From contig NZ_JBEQCS010000008.1 of the NCBI RefSeq assembly GCF_046054195.1, positions 14,090 through 78,089 of the forward strand: DNA of 64,000 nucleotides, given 5' to 3'. Positions within the stretch are counted from its first letter, which is position 1. Every line of letters begins with the position of its first letter. Origin of the DNA: Celerinatantimonas sp. MCCC 1A17872 (GTDB taxonomy: Bacteria; Pseudomonadota; Gammaproteobacteria; Enterobacterales; Celerinatantimonadaceae). Below the pieces are notes generated by a model, which was given only the letters and a program-made list of their open reading frames with translations, did not search any database and was not told where the DNA came from. Both the position numbers and the translations under genes were made by a program. This document shows positions 9,839-19,699 of this stretch, piece by piece.

Positions 9839-11224
9839 ATGAAGAGTAACAAAAAAACAAATATGGGAATATTTCGTCCCCACCCAAAAATCGAAGCTAT
9901 ATTGTTGTCTTGCGTAATTGTATCACTGGTCGGATGTTTGTCTTTTCTTATCTATAGTAAGTCCAGTTCGGTATTAAAAAATGAAATTAAATTAGGTTTA
10001 TTGTCTAATGTTTCAGCTGCGGCAACAACGATTAACGGGGATTTGCACCGAACATTTAATAAAAATACTTCGCGGCAAGATCCTAATTATCTCGCCGTGG
10101 CAAACTCATTAGAGAAAATCAGGGAAGCCTCTCATAATGTTCGTTATATCTATACGAATATTTTAAAAGGGGGCAAGGTCTATTTTGTGGTAAATCCTAG
10201 TCCACAAAATGATAACGATGGCGATGGTGTACCCGATTTAGCTCCCGCGCTGATGGAACAGTATGAGAACCCTGCTCCGGAATTAGTTCAAGCCCTAAAA
10301 GACCATAAAAGTGTAGTGACCAGTCCATATCAGGATAGTTGGGGCCGATTTATCAGTGGTTATGCTCCTTTTTATGATTCTCAGGGGCGTTTTGTTGGCG
10401 TGCTGGGGATGGATTTGCAACTAAATGACTTTGATCAGCGGATGCACCCTATCACACTGATTTTTGAGAAAACCGCTATTATTGTCTTTTTTGTTGGCTT
10501 GATTGTTGGCCTACTGACTTGGTTTTCAAGACGTTATACGGGCTCTATTCTTTTAGATAATCAAAAACTTACCAGTAATCAAACCCACTTTGAACAGTAT
10601 TTACAATCAGAAACGGGGCATTACCGTCAAGTCATAGAGGCAATTGGGCAAAAAGTGAAGTCAATGCCTTTAACAGAGACAACTCAGGTTCAAGATATCG
10701 AGCAATGGATATCAGCCTGGAATAACTATTTTCAATCTAGCCAAAGCAAGATATTCAGTGAGGACAATTTTCATCTGGATAGTATGCTCAACCATATTGC
10801 ACTAGCAACGAGTGATGTCGTTGCGCTTGATATCAATCAAGAACCCTCGGTCCCCAATTATTTTTACGGCAGTTCTGCGCAATATGAGACGCTATTAAGC
10901 GAATTAGTGAAGGCTCTGCATATTCTTCATGTTGACCGGGAAGTGATGCAACTATTTGTCAGACTAGAAAATGAGCTGGTGGAGGAAGTCAGTTTAGCTA
11001 TCTCTGTCTGTGTAGCAAAAGATGGGGTATCGAGCTGTCAGGCACCTGTCTTTACGCCCGATTTTTCTTTTGCTGAGACTTATAGTGTCCAGCAGATCCA
11101 GTTTTTCAGTACTGTTGCCAGGATAGAAGAATTGGGAGCAAGTATTGATTGGATTGATGACAAGACACAACAAGGATATCAGCTGACCTTTTCTGTCAGT
11201 AAATACAGGGAAGTCGAGCAATGA
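9839..11224 (+). CDS. Membrane sensor with a periplasmic Cache-like domain and an uncharacterised cytoplasmic domain
   Basis: Two TM segments flank a domain carrying the dCache-like motif GYAPFYDSQGRFVGVLGMDL. The ~230-aa C-terminal region has no HAMP, MCP, kinase or GGDEF motif. Start is uncertain; the ORF opens at 9770. Confidence 0.6.
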   Translation: MKSNKKTNMGIFRPHPKIEAILLSCVIVSLVGCLSFLIYSKSSSVLKNEIKLGLLSNVSAAATTINGDLHRTFNKNTSRQDPNYLAVANSLEKIREASHNVRYIYTNILKGGKVYFVVNPSPQNDNDGDGVPDLAPALMEQYENPAPELVQALKDHKSVVTSPYQDSWGRFISGYAPFYDSQGRFVGVLGMDLQLNDFDQRMHPITLIFEKTAIIVFFVGLIVGLLTWFSRRYTGSILLDNQKLTSNQTHFEQYLQSETGHYRQVIEAIGQKVKSMPLTETTQVQDIEQWISAWNNYFQSSQSKIFSEDNFHLDSMLNHIALATSDVVALDINQEPSVPNYFYGSSAQYETLLSELVKALHILHVDREVMQLFVRLENELVEEVSLAISVCVAKDGVSSCQAPVFTPDFSFAETYSVQQIQFFSTVARIEELGASIDWIDDKTQQGYQLTFSVSKYREVEQ

Positions 11225-12360
11225 GGAAGATAGCCCCTTTTATTTTGGTACTAGCCGCATTTGGGATACAACTTTCTTCGGGGATCAACTACATCACTTT
11301 CCCGTTGATTCTGCAATCGCAAGGGGTGAACAATTCCATGATTGGTTTGATTATGTCCTGTGACATTTTCGCCCTGATCGTGTTTTCACAGCGAATTTCT
11401 GTGGTTGTAAAAAAGTTGGGAGTACTGAATTCCATCATTATTTGTTCGGTTGTTCGAAGTGTGGTGGTCTATTTCTTATCTGCAAATCATATGGTTATCG
11501 GCTGGGTTTTAGGAATGTTTGCTTATGGCCTGATGACCAATGCATTATTGGTGATAGTGCAAACCTGGCTAAATCTGATGTCTGCAGGAAAAATCAAAGG
11601 GCTGATCATGGGCCTGTTTTCATCTTGTTTATCTCTGGGCATTGCGATGGCACCTATTGCAATACGGTTTATCGATATGACCAGTCAACAACCATTTTAC
11701 CTGAGTAGTGTGATATCGCTTCTGGTGTTAGTGGTGATGATCTCGGTTATCTCGACACGTCCCAGTTTTCATTCAGACAAAAAGGCTCGGATCGTATTTG
11801 TATTCAAACATTCAAAAATTATCATGTTATCGGCAGTGGTTGGTGGGTTCTGTTTTTTTGGATTACCGTCGTTTTTAACGATTTACGGGATAAAAAATGG
11901 TTTATCACCAGAAAATGCTGCGCTGTTACTGACCATGTTTATGTTGGGTAGTGTCACACTTGGTTTGTTGGTCAGTACATTGTCCGCGTTTATTAATCAT
12001 TATCAGCTTATTTTTGTTTGTGTATGTTTATCTGTTGTATGTGCATCTTTTCTTTCTTTATCAATTTACGCCAATCTGGGTGTGGCTTTGGGATTGCTCT
12101 ATCTGTGGGGCGGTTGTATGGGAGGAATATATGCGCTTGGACTTAATGTGGTGGGTGAGCAGTTTCGCCGTGAAGATCAAATGTCAGCCAACATGACTTA
12201 CACCATGATGGATGCTATCGGTGGTGTGATTGGTTTGTGTATTATTGGCACCAGTATGGATTGGGTGGGTAGTGAAGGGCTTTCTTATACCATTGTTGTG
12301 GCATCCATGCTTTATCTGATTTTTGTTTTCCGCCAACTAGCTCAGCGATTTACTTATTAA
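11221..12360 (+). CDS. MFS transporter
   Basis: 379 aa with ~12 hydrophobic segments. Overlaps the sensor gene by 4 bp. Confidence 0.75.
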   Translation: MRKIAPFILVLAAFGIQLSSGINYITFPLILQSQGVNNSMIGLIMSCDIFALIVFSQRISVVVKKLGVLNSIIICSVVRSVVVYFLSANHMVIGWVLGMFAYGLMTNALLVIVQTWLNLMSAGKIKGLIMGLFSSCLSLGIAMAPIAIRFIDMTSQQPFYLSSVISLLVLVVMISVISTRPSFHSDKKARIVFVFKHSKIIMLSAVVGGFCFFGLPSFLTIYGIKNGLSPENAALLLTMFMLGSVTLGLLVSTLSAFINHYQLIFVCVCLSVVCASFLSLSIYANLGVALGLLYLWGGCMGGIYALGLNVVGEQFRREDQMSANMTYTMMDAIGGVIGLCIIGTSMDWVGSEGLSYTIVVASMLYLIFVFRQLAQRFTY

Positions 12361-12485
12361 GTCTGCAACGGTTAAAGAGCACTGCGTTTCAATATCGGTT
12401 TGTTGCAATTGGTGATAACTGTTTTAATAAAGCTTGAGTTTTTAATTAAAATTGTGACGGATTGAATAAACAAATTTAAATAAAA

Positions 12486-12513
12486 AAGCGAACCACATGG
12501 TTCGCTTTTTTAT
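12486..12513 (+). terminator. Rho-independent terminator of the decarboxylase-sensor-MFS operon
   Basis: AGCGAACC-ACAT-GGTTCGCT followed by TTTTTTAT. Confidence 0.65.
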
Positions 12514-12869
12514 TTCGCTTGTCTCAATTTTATTTTTTGGCAAAAAAGTTAACTATTGTATAACATCTTTCGTTTGCATTGTTTCACAGTGATATTTATG
12601 GTGAAAGTGAATGAATACCTTAATCCAATATAGGTAGGTTTTTTCTGTTCTAATGCTGTAACCACGCATACGCATTTCTTCCTGAAGACCTTTCAGAAAT
12701 GGGCTTTTTAGACTCATAATAACTCCTTACCTCATGATGCTGTATATATGCACAGTGTTATTTGAGATTCTCGGATATCAAGGGAAACAGTGAAAAATTT
12801 TTGCGCGTTTATACATGAACAAATTCATATTATTTATGTTTATTAACAAGTTATGTGTTTTCGATTTGA

Positions 12870-13019
12870 GATAATAGGTTCGGAAAACGCGCATGCGCGT
12901 TTTCCCAGATAGTATATTTAATAGAATGCTGATAAGTTCTTTTTATACAGATAGTTAACTGTGCGCGTTTTTACTGGTCCAACAAGATAAATGCGCATGC
13001 ACACTAATAAAATGTTATG
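12870..13019 (+). repeat. ~150-bp palindrome-bearing repeat, copy B
   Basis: See copy A at 2554-2702. Ends GTTATG 16 nt before the GTG start of the next ORF. Confidence 0.8.
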
Positions 13020-13035
13020 TTTCAGGAGAGTTTAA

Positions 13036-13455
13036 GTGACTCAACAAAAACCAGAAGATTTTGTGAGTGAATATAAAGATATAGATTTTGGGAAACTGAA
13101 GTTGTATCGGGTCGAAGGCGCAAATATAACTCCGCCTACGCCATCTAAAAATGTAATTTCAACTGCTCTTTACAGAGGTTATATAGCTGAATACAAACTA
13201 ACTAAAGATGGGACACTTATCCTTTTGAGTTATAGTTATCCTACAAGCCGTAAAGAGTATAAAACGGATGCTGTAAATGAGATAGTGCATGGCGATTTTT
13301 CATTGGAGTTTAGAGAATCATTCTTTGGTACAAAAACCATTGTACCATTTCATAATGGCAAAATAGTTATTGATAAAAGCCAGTGGCGCATTATAGAAAA
13401 GTCTGGTTTAAACCCAGTTGAAATGATATTAAATAAATCAGAGAAAAAAACATAA
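13036..13455 (+). CDS. Cassette-borne hypothetical protein (139 aa, GTG start)
   Basis: AGGAGAG RBS 6 nt upstream of the GTG. Followed by a family-B attC. Confidence 0.5.
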   Translation: MTQQKPEDFVSEYKDIDFGKLKLYRVEGANITPPTPSKNVISTALYRGYIAEYKLTKDGTLILLSYSYPTSRKEYKTDAVNEIVHGDFSLEFRESFFGTKTIVPFHNGKIVIDKSQWRIIEKSGLNPVEMILNKSEKKT

Positions 13456-13545
13456 CAAATCGCTTCAATTGATAAAATAACTGTTACGAATTTTGCTTCG
13501 CAAAATATAGTGCCAGCTATTTTGCAACTGAGCTCAGCGTTAGAA
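13452..13545 (+). other. attC site (family B)
   Basis: ATAACAAATCGCTTCAATTGATAAAATAACTGTTACG…GCGTTAGAAG. Confidence 0.65.
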
Positions 13546-13564
13546 GCAATAGATCAAAGTTAAT

Positions 13565-14104
13565 ATGAACTGGCTTGAATTTAAAAAAATATCAGAAAGA
13601 GAATTTAAATATATAGAGCTTGAAGGTGGACTTTTCGGATACCAGATGCAGCCTGGAACAAAGTGGAATAAAGGGTTATCTGATGATCAAATTAGAAAGC
13701 TAGAAGACAAATTTGGCTTTAAATTATCAAATGATTATCGAGATTTTATTAAAGTGATGAATGGAATTGATACTGAGCTTATATCAATTGATCCGTTTGA
13801 ATTAGAAGATGATTCATATTCTCAGCTGTACTATGAATACCCGAAAGATTGCGAACGGATATCAGCGTTACTTGAAGAAATTGATAAATTTAAAGAATGT
13901 ATAGATGAAGTGTTAACTGATGCGGGGTTTAGCGTTAGTGACATCGAGGGATATGTTCCAACTTATGCGCATAGGTCTCTCGTTGTCTTCAAGGACAAGT
14001 CGCTATCACCTGTGATTTCAGTTTGGGGTAGCGATGTCGTTGTGTTGGCGGAAAACTTAGAAGAATATTGGATTAAAGAATTGGGATTAGAATATTGTTT
14101 CTAA
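13565..14104 (+). CDS. SMI1/KNR4 (SUKH-1) family immunity-like protein
   Basis: LSDDQIRKLEDKFGFKLSNDYRDFIKVMNG is the classic SUKH N-terminal motif. Confidence 0.65.
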   Translation: MNWLEFKKISEREFKYIELEGGLFGYQMQPGTKWNKGLSDDQIRKLEDKFGFKLSNDYRDFIKVMNGIDTELISIDPFELEDDSYSQLYYEYPKDCERISALLEEIDKFKECIDEVLTDAGFSVSDIEGYVPTYAHRSLVVFKDKSLSPVISVWGSDVVVLAENLEEYWIKELGLEYCF

Positions 14105-14195
14105 CAAATCGCAGCAATTGACAAAAATACATGTCACGAATTTTGGTTCCCAAAATGTAGCGCCATATATTTTTGCAACGATGCTCAGCGTTATA
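14102..14195 (+). other. attC site (family B)
   Basis: TAACAAATCGCAGCAATTGACAAAAATACATGTCACG…GCGTTATAC. Confidence 0.65.
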
Positions 14196-14210
14196 CTACT
14201 TAGGTAGGCT

Positions 14211-14610
14211 ATGGGATCACAAATAAAAATCTATCACTTATTTGTACATGAAAAATCGGGCAAATATTTTTTGCTTGAAGAGGTCCGTCGTAGTTTCTCG
14301 AACGTAAATGAATCAGATTATGTTCGAGTTTGCGATGAGGTTGAAAATAAAGTTGCAAATTTTGTTTCTACTGAACACCTGATACGAGTTGGAATAATGG
14401 AATATTTGCCATTGGGCGAGTATTATATTCAGCAAAAAATGGAGATATTCTTGATATTTATTATTGCGTTAATTTGCTGGATGATCGGTACATTATTTTA
14501 GGAACAGGAAATAGCGAAAAATTGTTTCTAGAAGAAGCTCTAGAGGAGTATCCAGATGAGGTTGATGCAAAACATATTCACAAGATTTCAGTAGAATATG
14601 TGAAAAAGTG
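14211..14610 (+). pseudogene. Cassette ORF disrupted by a frameshift at an A6 tract (14433-14438)
   Basis: Frame 0 ends in a short hydrophobic tail (IFLIFIIALICWMIGTLF). The +1 frame continues with a protein-like sequence (GDILDIYYCVNLLDDRYIILGTGNSEK…VEYVKK) to a TGA at 14608. One extra A in the run restores a 133-aa ORF. Confidence 0.4.
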
Positions 14611-14618
14611 AGCATTCT

Positions 14619-15083
14619 ATGACTCTTGATCTTGAAAAATTAATTCTTCTCTATGATGAAAATTTCATGGAGCTTAGTGTTAAAGGAGTGTTCAAAGAGT
14701 TCCTGGGTATCCCATTTGGAATAAATTTGAATAGTTGTAAAATTAGTTCATGTAAGTGTTTCACAGATTTTTTGCTTCCAACAATAAAATTCTCTAGATT
14801 TGATGAGTGGTTTGTGGATGAAAAAGCAGAGGAAGTTGAATACATCAAAAAGGCCTTATTATTCAACGCGCCTATATCTCTTGATAAAGACTCGATTCGT
14901 CTAGAAATAGAGAGTGTAAATCGATACTTGGAAGAAAATAAAATAGAACAAATTATCGAAATTGAAGGTTTTAATGAGTCACTTGAATATGGATATAAGT
15001 TCAATTTCAATTGGAACCACTGGTCAATGGTGGGAGTAAGTCAGAACTATTATTTGGCGTATCATTGGTATACAACAGAATAA
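14619..15083 (+). CDS. Cassette-borne hypothetical protein (154 aa). It shares a cassette with the preceding frameshifted ORF.
   Basis: Starts 8 nt after the upstream stop with no intervening attC. Confidence 0.45.
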   Translation: MTLDLEKLILLYDENFMELSVKGVFKEFLGIPFGINLNSCKISSCKCFTDFLLPTIKFSRFDEWFVDEKAEEVEYIKKALLFNAPISLDKDSIRLEIESVNRYLEENKIEQIIEIEGFNESLEYGYKFNFNWNHWSMVGVSQNYYLAYHWYTTE

Positions 15084-15193
15084 AATATACGAGGCCATTA
15101 AAGTGACGGCTTTCCCGTCAGTTGTTCTGTGGCTTTAGCTACATCGATACAAAACAATCAACTCTAAAGCTGCGTGTTATAACGGCGTTAGGG
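15084..15193 (+). other. attC site
   Basis: Ends GCGTGTTATAACGGCGTTAGGGC. Confidence 0.5.
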
Positions 15194-15208
15194 CTACATG
15201 GGTAAGGT

Positions 15209-15886
15209 ATGGATTTAGAAGCAGGTTTTTGGGTTAGAGATTTCGAGGTTGATCAAGTAGATTCGCAAATCATCCCGAAGGTAGGTGAACAGCGCATAGT
15301 TTATATTTCGCTAGACTCTGAACCGGAAAAAGGAAAAAAATATTACGTTTTATGGTTTCCTCCCTATTCAGCAATTAATGGCTGGGATGATAATCCCAAT
15401 GAAATTAAGAGAACGCATGTCGTTGAATGCACATTAACCTACCTTGAAAGCTTCCCATTTACAGATGAACAAATTAATAGTTTCGTTGACAAGTGGATTA
15501 TTGCTAAAGACAAAAGTAAGTATCAAGCAAATATCTTGAGTGTTACTCCATTTTTAGAATTCTGTGAAAATTACGAGGGGCATGATTATTTCTCCTTTCA
15601 GCGATGTGGTTATCCTGATGGGAGCACAAAAATGATATGGGAACTGTCTCGTGAATACCAAAAAGCTAAATTTGGTAGCAACCTTATATACATAACTGGT
15701 TGTGTTCCTGAGCAATTTTTCAGTGCTGTGATTGATGTCAGTGATAGCACAAAGTGTCGCGTTAAGTTTCATGAGCATTATGATCCCGGCATAGAACAAT
15801 GCTTAGTTATTAACTATGAGCTAAAAGGAGATGAACTAAAGTTTTTTAAAGAGGCAATAGAAAATGCTATTGAGCTTAAGCCTTAG
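15209..15886 (+). CDS. Cassette-borne hypothetical protein (225 aa)
   Basis: ORF followed by an attC site. Confidence 0.5.
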   Translation: MDLEAGFWVRDFEVDQVDSQIIPKVGEQRIVYISLDSEPEKGKKYYVLWFPPYSAINGWDDNPNEIKRTHVVECTLTYLESFPFTDEQINSFVDKWIIAKDKSKYQANILSVTPFLEFCENYEGHDYFSFQRCGYPDGSTKMIWELSREYQKAKFGSNLIYITGCVPEQFFSAVIDVSDSTKCRVKFHEHYDPGIEQCLVINYELKGDELKFFKEAIENAIELKP

Positions 15887-15889
15887 AAA

Positions 15890-16012
15890 CATCCCTAATA
15901 AGAGTTTCTCGTAAATACCTACCGCGATGCGGCCGAGGTTTTGTGGTTTCGCAGCGCTCATATTAATACCCAAGTCGCTCGTGCTTGTTCGCTGGTGAGG
16001 CAGGCGTTATAA
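15890..16012 (+). other. Last attC site of the array
   Basis: Ends CAGGCGTTATAAC. No further attC-like ends lie downstream. Confidence 0.5.
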
Positions 16013-16280
16013 CTTAGAAAATAATACGAAACTTCATGATTTAGAATATCCGCAACTAAAAGCAATCGTTCCGAAAATTTAGATATTGCCCTTGAGGCCA
16101 AGACATTAATTATATCGCAGCCTCGAAAGTTTGGTTAGGTGAAGGTGTCACTGTATCTGAAGCTGTCATTATCGAAGGTGCTTTCGAGTTCTGCTGTTGT
16201 ATAATGGTCGTTAAAATGGCTCGCAAGCTGCTTTATGGTTTCGATTAAACTGTTTTAGATAAGCGTTACCGGTCAGGATT

Positions 16281-18311
16281 TCAGTCGATTCTGAATCGAT
16301 CGATTTTCTCTTTCATCATTCGCATCACCTGCTCAAGTTGGTCTCCAGTATTTTCTAGTTGTCCGGAACGATTTGCCGTTTGAACGGATACATCACTGAT
16401 GGTGTTCATATTCCTATCAATTTCATTAGCAACCACTCCTAGCTGTTCTGAGGCACTGGCAATTTGTTCATTCATCTGAGTAATGGTGCCTACGGCGGCT
16501 TTGATCCCGCTGAGAGATTCATCCACTAAACTGACTTTTTCAACGCTGTTCTGGGCTAATGTTGCGGTACGCCCAATGACATTGACCGCTTGGCTAGAGC
16601 CTTCTTGCAGTGCTGAAATAATGTTGTTGATCTGTTGGGTCGATTCCTGTGTTCGTTGCGCCAGAGAGCGTACTTCATCTGCTACAACGGCAAAGCCTCT
16701 GCCTTGTTCTCCGGCGCGAGCAGCTTCGATTGCGGCATTCAACGCCAATAGATTGGTTTGTTCAGCAATCGCTCGAATCACTTCTACTACCGAGCCAACC
16801 TGTTCACTTTGTCCGTTGAGTGTTTCGATTGCCTGATGGACGTGATTTACTTCATCTGCCAGATTTTGAATGGTATTCACGGTATCTTGAACCAGACGGC
16901 GCCCATTTTCTGTAAGGGTGTCGGCCTGTTCTGCTGCATTGGCAGCTTCCTGAGCATTTTGTGCCACATCGTTAACGGTACTGGACATTTCCGTCATAGC
17001 CGTTGCTGCTTGTGTCGTTTCAGATTTTTGCAGCTCAATATCCTTTTGTGTTTCTTTCGAAACGTTGATGATGTCAACTACTGCTGTTTGTGCCTGACGG
17101 TTAGAAACCGAAACATCGGCAATGAGTGTTTTCAGTTTCAAATTCATTTGATTGAGTGACTGACTGAGTTGACCAATTTCATCTTTACTATTGACGGTGA
17201 TGACGGTGGTCAGATCCCCCTGAGACACGGTATTTGAAAACGTCAGTGCACGATTAATCTCCGCCACCATTCGTGAGGAAAGCCATATAGCAACCGAGAT
17301 GCTAATGAGTGCCGAGATGGCGATGAGTATAGAAAGATTCATCATCGCGGAACTTCGCTTGTCATTAATTTCTTGCATAGCTTGCGCCATCGAGGTCTGC
17401 ACATTGGTTTCCGCTTTATCGGCTTGACTGATAAAGCGCTCAAATGCAGTATCAAAGCCAGCATCGGAGTTGGCGGTATTAATTTTTTGTGTGTTGTAAT
17501 TATTAAATCGTTTTTCGGTGACAGAAATGAAAGTGGTTATCTGGCGAATGAGTTCAGCTTTATTTATTTGAGAGGTCTCTTGCGCTGTTTGAATCGCTTG
17601 GGCTGCATCTTGAAAATTCTTCAGGATATTTTCAATGTGGTTCTCTTCATCACCGGAAAGTAATTCTTCCAAAAACAAATGACCATTTGCCAGCAGGTAA
17701 CGTGCATTACCTAACTGTTCCAGATTGCGCATCAATCCTTGATTGAGCGATTGATTGGTCCAGGTCATCAGAGCAGACTGAAGCGTTTCATAAAGTTGAT
17801 CAAACTTCTGATCTTCGCCGCTACCGGCGGACATTGAGTTAGCAAAATTCGAATAACGTTGTTCGGCCATTTGCTTAAACACATCGATATTTTTGATCAC
17901 TTCGTTGAGGGAGTCTCTGACGTTGGGATCCTGACTGGCAAAAAAGATTCCTTCGTCATTTTTTCCGCCGTCAAGAACGGCTGTGGCATACCAGCGAGAT
18001 TGTTTTAGTAATGACCAGACTTCATTAATATCTTCAGCTTTGTCGCCACTGACAATTTCTTCAAATTTCAGGTGTGCCTCTGTCGCCAGTAATTTTATTT
18101 CCATCGTTGCATCTACTTGTGGTGCAAACACGACACCGGCTTGCTTGCCTGCTTCACCTATTTGGTGAACATACTTTAATCCCCAGAATCCACAGTTCAG
18201 GGTCAGTAATACCATGAGCAAGGAGAATAAAAGGAATTTTGCGCGAAGCGAATGAAAGAACATTCCGCTAGAAGCGGAAGTGGAACTGCTGATTGTTGAA
18301 GAAGCCACCAT
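16281..18311 (-). CDS. Methyl-accepting chemotaxis protein with a large helical periplasmic sensor
   Basis: Two TM segments, a HAMP domain and the MCP signalling domain (…[35 protein letters not shown]…). Confidence 0.85.
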   Translation of the reverse strand: MVASSTISSSTSASSGMFFHSLRAKFLLFSLLMVLLTLNCGFWGLKYVHQIGEAGKQAGVVFAPQVDATMEIKLLATEAHLKFEEIVSGDKAEDINEVWSLLKQSRWYATAVLDGGKNDEGIFFASQDPNVRDSLNEVIKNIDVFKQMAEQRYSNFANSMSAGSGEDQKFDQLYETLQSALMTWTNQSLNQGLMRNLEQLGNARYLLANGHLFLEELLSGDEENHIENILKNFQDAAQAIQTAQETSQINKAELIRQITTFISVTEKRFNNYNTQKINTANSDAGFDTAFERFISQADKAETNVQTSMAQAMQEINDKRSSAMMNLSILIAISALISISVAIWLSSRMVAEINRALTFSNTVSQGDLTTVITVNSKDEIGQLSQSLNQMNLKLKTLIADVSVSNRQAQTAVVDIINVSKETQKDIELQKSETTQAATAMTEMSSTVNDVAQNAQEAANAAEQADTLTENGRRLVQDTVNTIQNLADEVNHVHQAIETLNGQSEQVGSVVEVIRAIAEQTNLLALNAAIEAARAGEQGRGFAVVADEVRSLAQRTQESTQQINNIISALQEGSSQAVNVIGRTATLAQNSVEKVSLVDESLSGIKAAVGTITQMNEQIASASEQLGVVANEIDRNMNTISDVSVQTANRSGQLENTGDQLEQVMRMMKEKIDRFRID

Positions 18312-18927
18312 AGAAATACCTGTTATGATTTACTCATTCCGACAGACAGTTTTGCCAATGCTGGCATCATACTGCTGTGTTTTCAGCTATTGCGTATGAG
18401 AGAGTATTCTCTGCTGTTTAGAAAGTGTAGACCAAAAAGATGGTGCGATAATGGTGCTTGGGAAATATGAAAGATTTGCTTAACAAAAAGGGCGTTTGAG
18501 AACATCCATTTTATGATGATAGTGGGTGCTGATTATTTGTATTCATCCGAATTCAAAGTCAGACATTATCGCCGGCATTAGTGATATTCACTTGTTGGCA
18601 ATGATGAAAATTAAATACCTTCTTTAATTTTATGGATGTCTCTATTAGCAAAATTCTCCATTAAGCTTAGCTATTTTTAAAGCTGATATGACCTTGCTGG
18701 ATAATCATATAATCTTCGCTATTGGTTTTTCTGGATATACATAACCTTTAAAAATAATTATGTTATTTGAAATTAGCACAAATCTCGGTTGCTAATGATT
18801 AAACGCTAATCGATATCCTTATAAGTCATGGCCATATCAATAGTTAATCGATGACTTTATATTGAACGATTAAAGTGATTGCAACTATCTATTTTTCAAA
18901 CAGTTTTGTATAGAGTCAGAGGGTACA

Positions 18928-19548
18928 ATGGAAGAGCAAAGTCAATATTTCACAGTTCATATTCCTCAAAAAGGGCCAATGGCTGGAATAGCTAATTGGA
19001 AACATTATTACTTTTTAGGGATAACAAGAGGTGAACTTGATTCTATTAACTTAAACTTTCAACAGGTTAGTGGCTTACTTAATATGATTGGTGTTAATTC
19101 ATTCATCGCCACTGGTTTAGCGGTAGATCCTATTTATGCAATCAACCGGACTCAAGAGACGATAGCTACGCCTTGGCTCAACATGTATGCCGTGTTAGCT
19201 CATTATCAAAGCGATATCATTAACGTTGCATACCAAGAGAAAAAGCCACTGTTTCTACCTGAAGAATGGTCGCGAGGTTTATTCTCGAAAAATTCGGGCT
19301 GGCCTGAGTCTTTAACAAAAAAACACGATTATCAGCTTAATGGCTATCAAATGTTTATTCTCCCATTCCTTGTTCCTGACCATACAGAGCTTGTTGATCT
19401 GACCCAATCGATGAAAGCGCCAGACGGTTCTATGGAAGTGTTTTGGTTTAGCTACTTTGATACGACCAATCCTGAACGGTTACTTAGTGACTTGGTGTCA
19501 CTTAAAAGTTTTATATTAGAACAAAGACAAGAACTGATCATACAGTAA
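18928..19548 (+). CDS. Hypothetical protein (206 aa)
   Basis: Long ORF with an unbiased composition and no recognisable motif. Confidence 0.45.
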   Translation: MEEQSQYFTVHIPQKGPMAGIANWKHYYFLGITRGELDSINLNFQQVSGLLNMIGVNSFIATGLAVDPIYAINRTQETIATPWLNMYAVLAHYQSDIINVAYQEKKPLFLPEEWSRGLFSKNSGWPESLTKKHDYQLNGYQMFILPFLVPDHTELVDLTQSMKAPDGSMEVFWFSYFDTTNPERLLSDLVSLKSFILEQRQELIIQ

Positions 19549-19699
19549 ACCTACTTTTTAGATTTACAGGCCGAGTGTTGTGTTTTTCTAACTGAGCTTG
19601 GTGTGATATCGAGATTGTGTTTGAATGCGCAAGTATTAAGAAATTATAAGAGTACCTAAAGCCTAGGCTAGCTAGTTTATTTTTTGATGAAGAGATCTT

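Noticed and set aside
11442-12196. Alternative-frame ORFs inside the MFS transporter gene
   Set aside because: Embedded in a continuous 379-aa MFS ORF. Their translations are Cys/His-rich junk.
2554-16012. CRISPR array as an explanation for the regularly recurring repeats
   Set aside because: Repeat units are 55-125 bp and heterogeneous, not identical. They are separated by 0.3-1 kb ORF-containing segments and carry attC-type terminal motifs. There are no cas genes.
16020-16280. Additional cassette or integrase fragment between the last attC and the MCP gene
   Set aside because: No ORF of meaningful length and no attC-like right end. Left as unannotated intergenic sequence.
16483-17663. Several 100-130-aa ORFs antisense to the MCP gene (16483-16836, 16758-17159, 17373-17663, 17983-18168)
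   Set aside because: They lie entirely within a well-supported MCP coding region on the opposite strand. Their composition (Ala/Ser/Cys-rich) is typical of antisense reading of MCP repeats.
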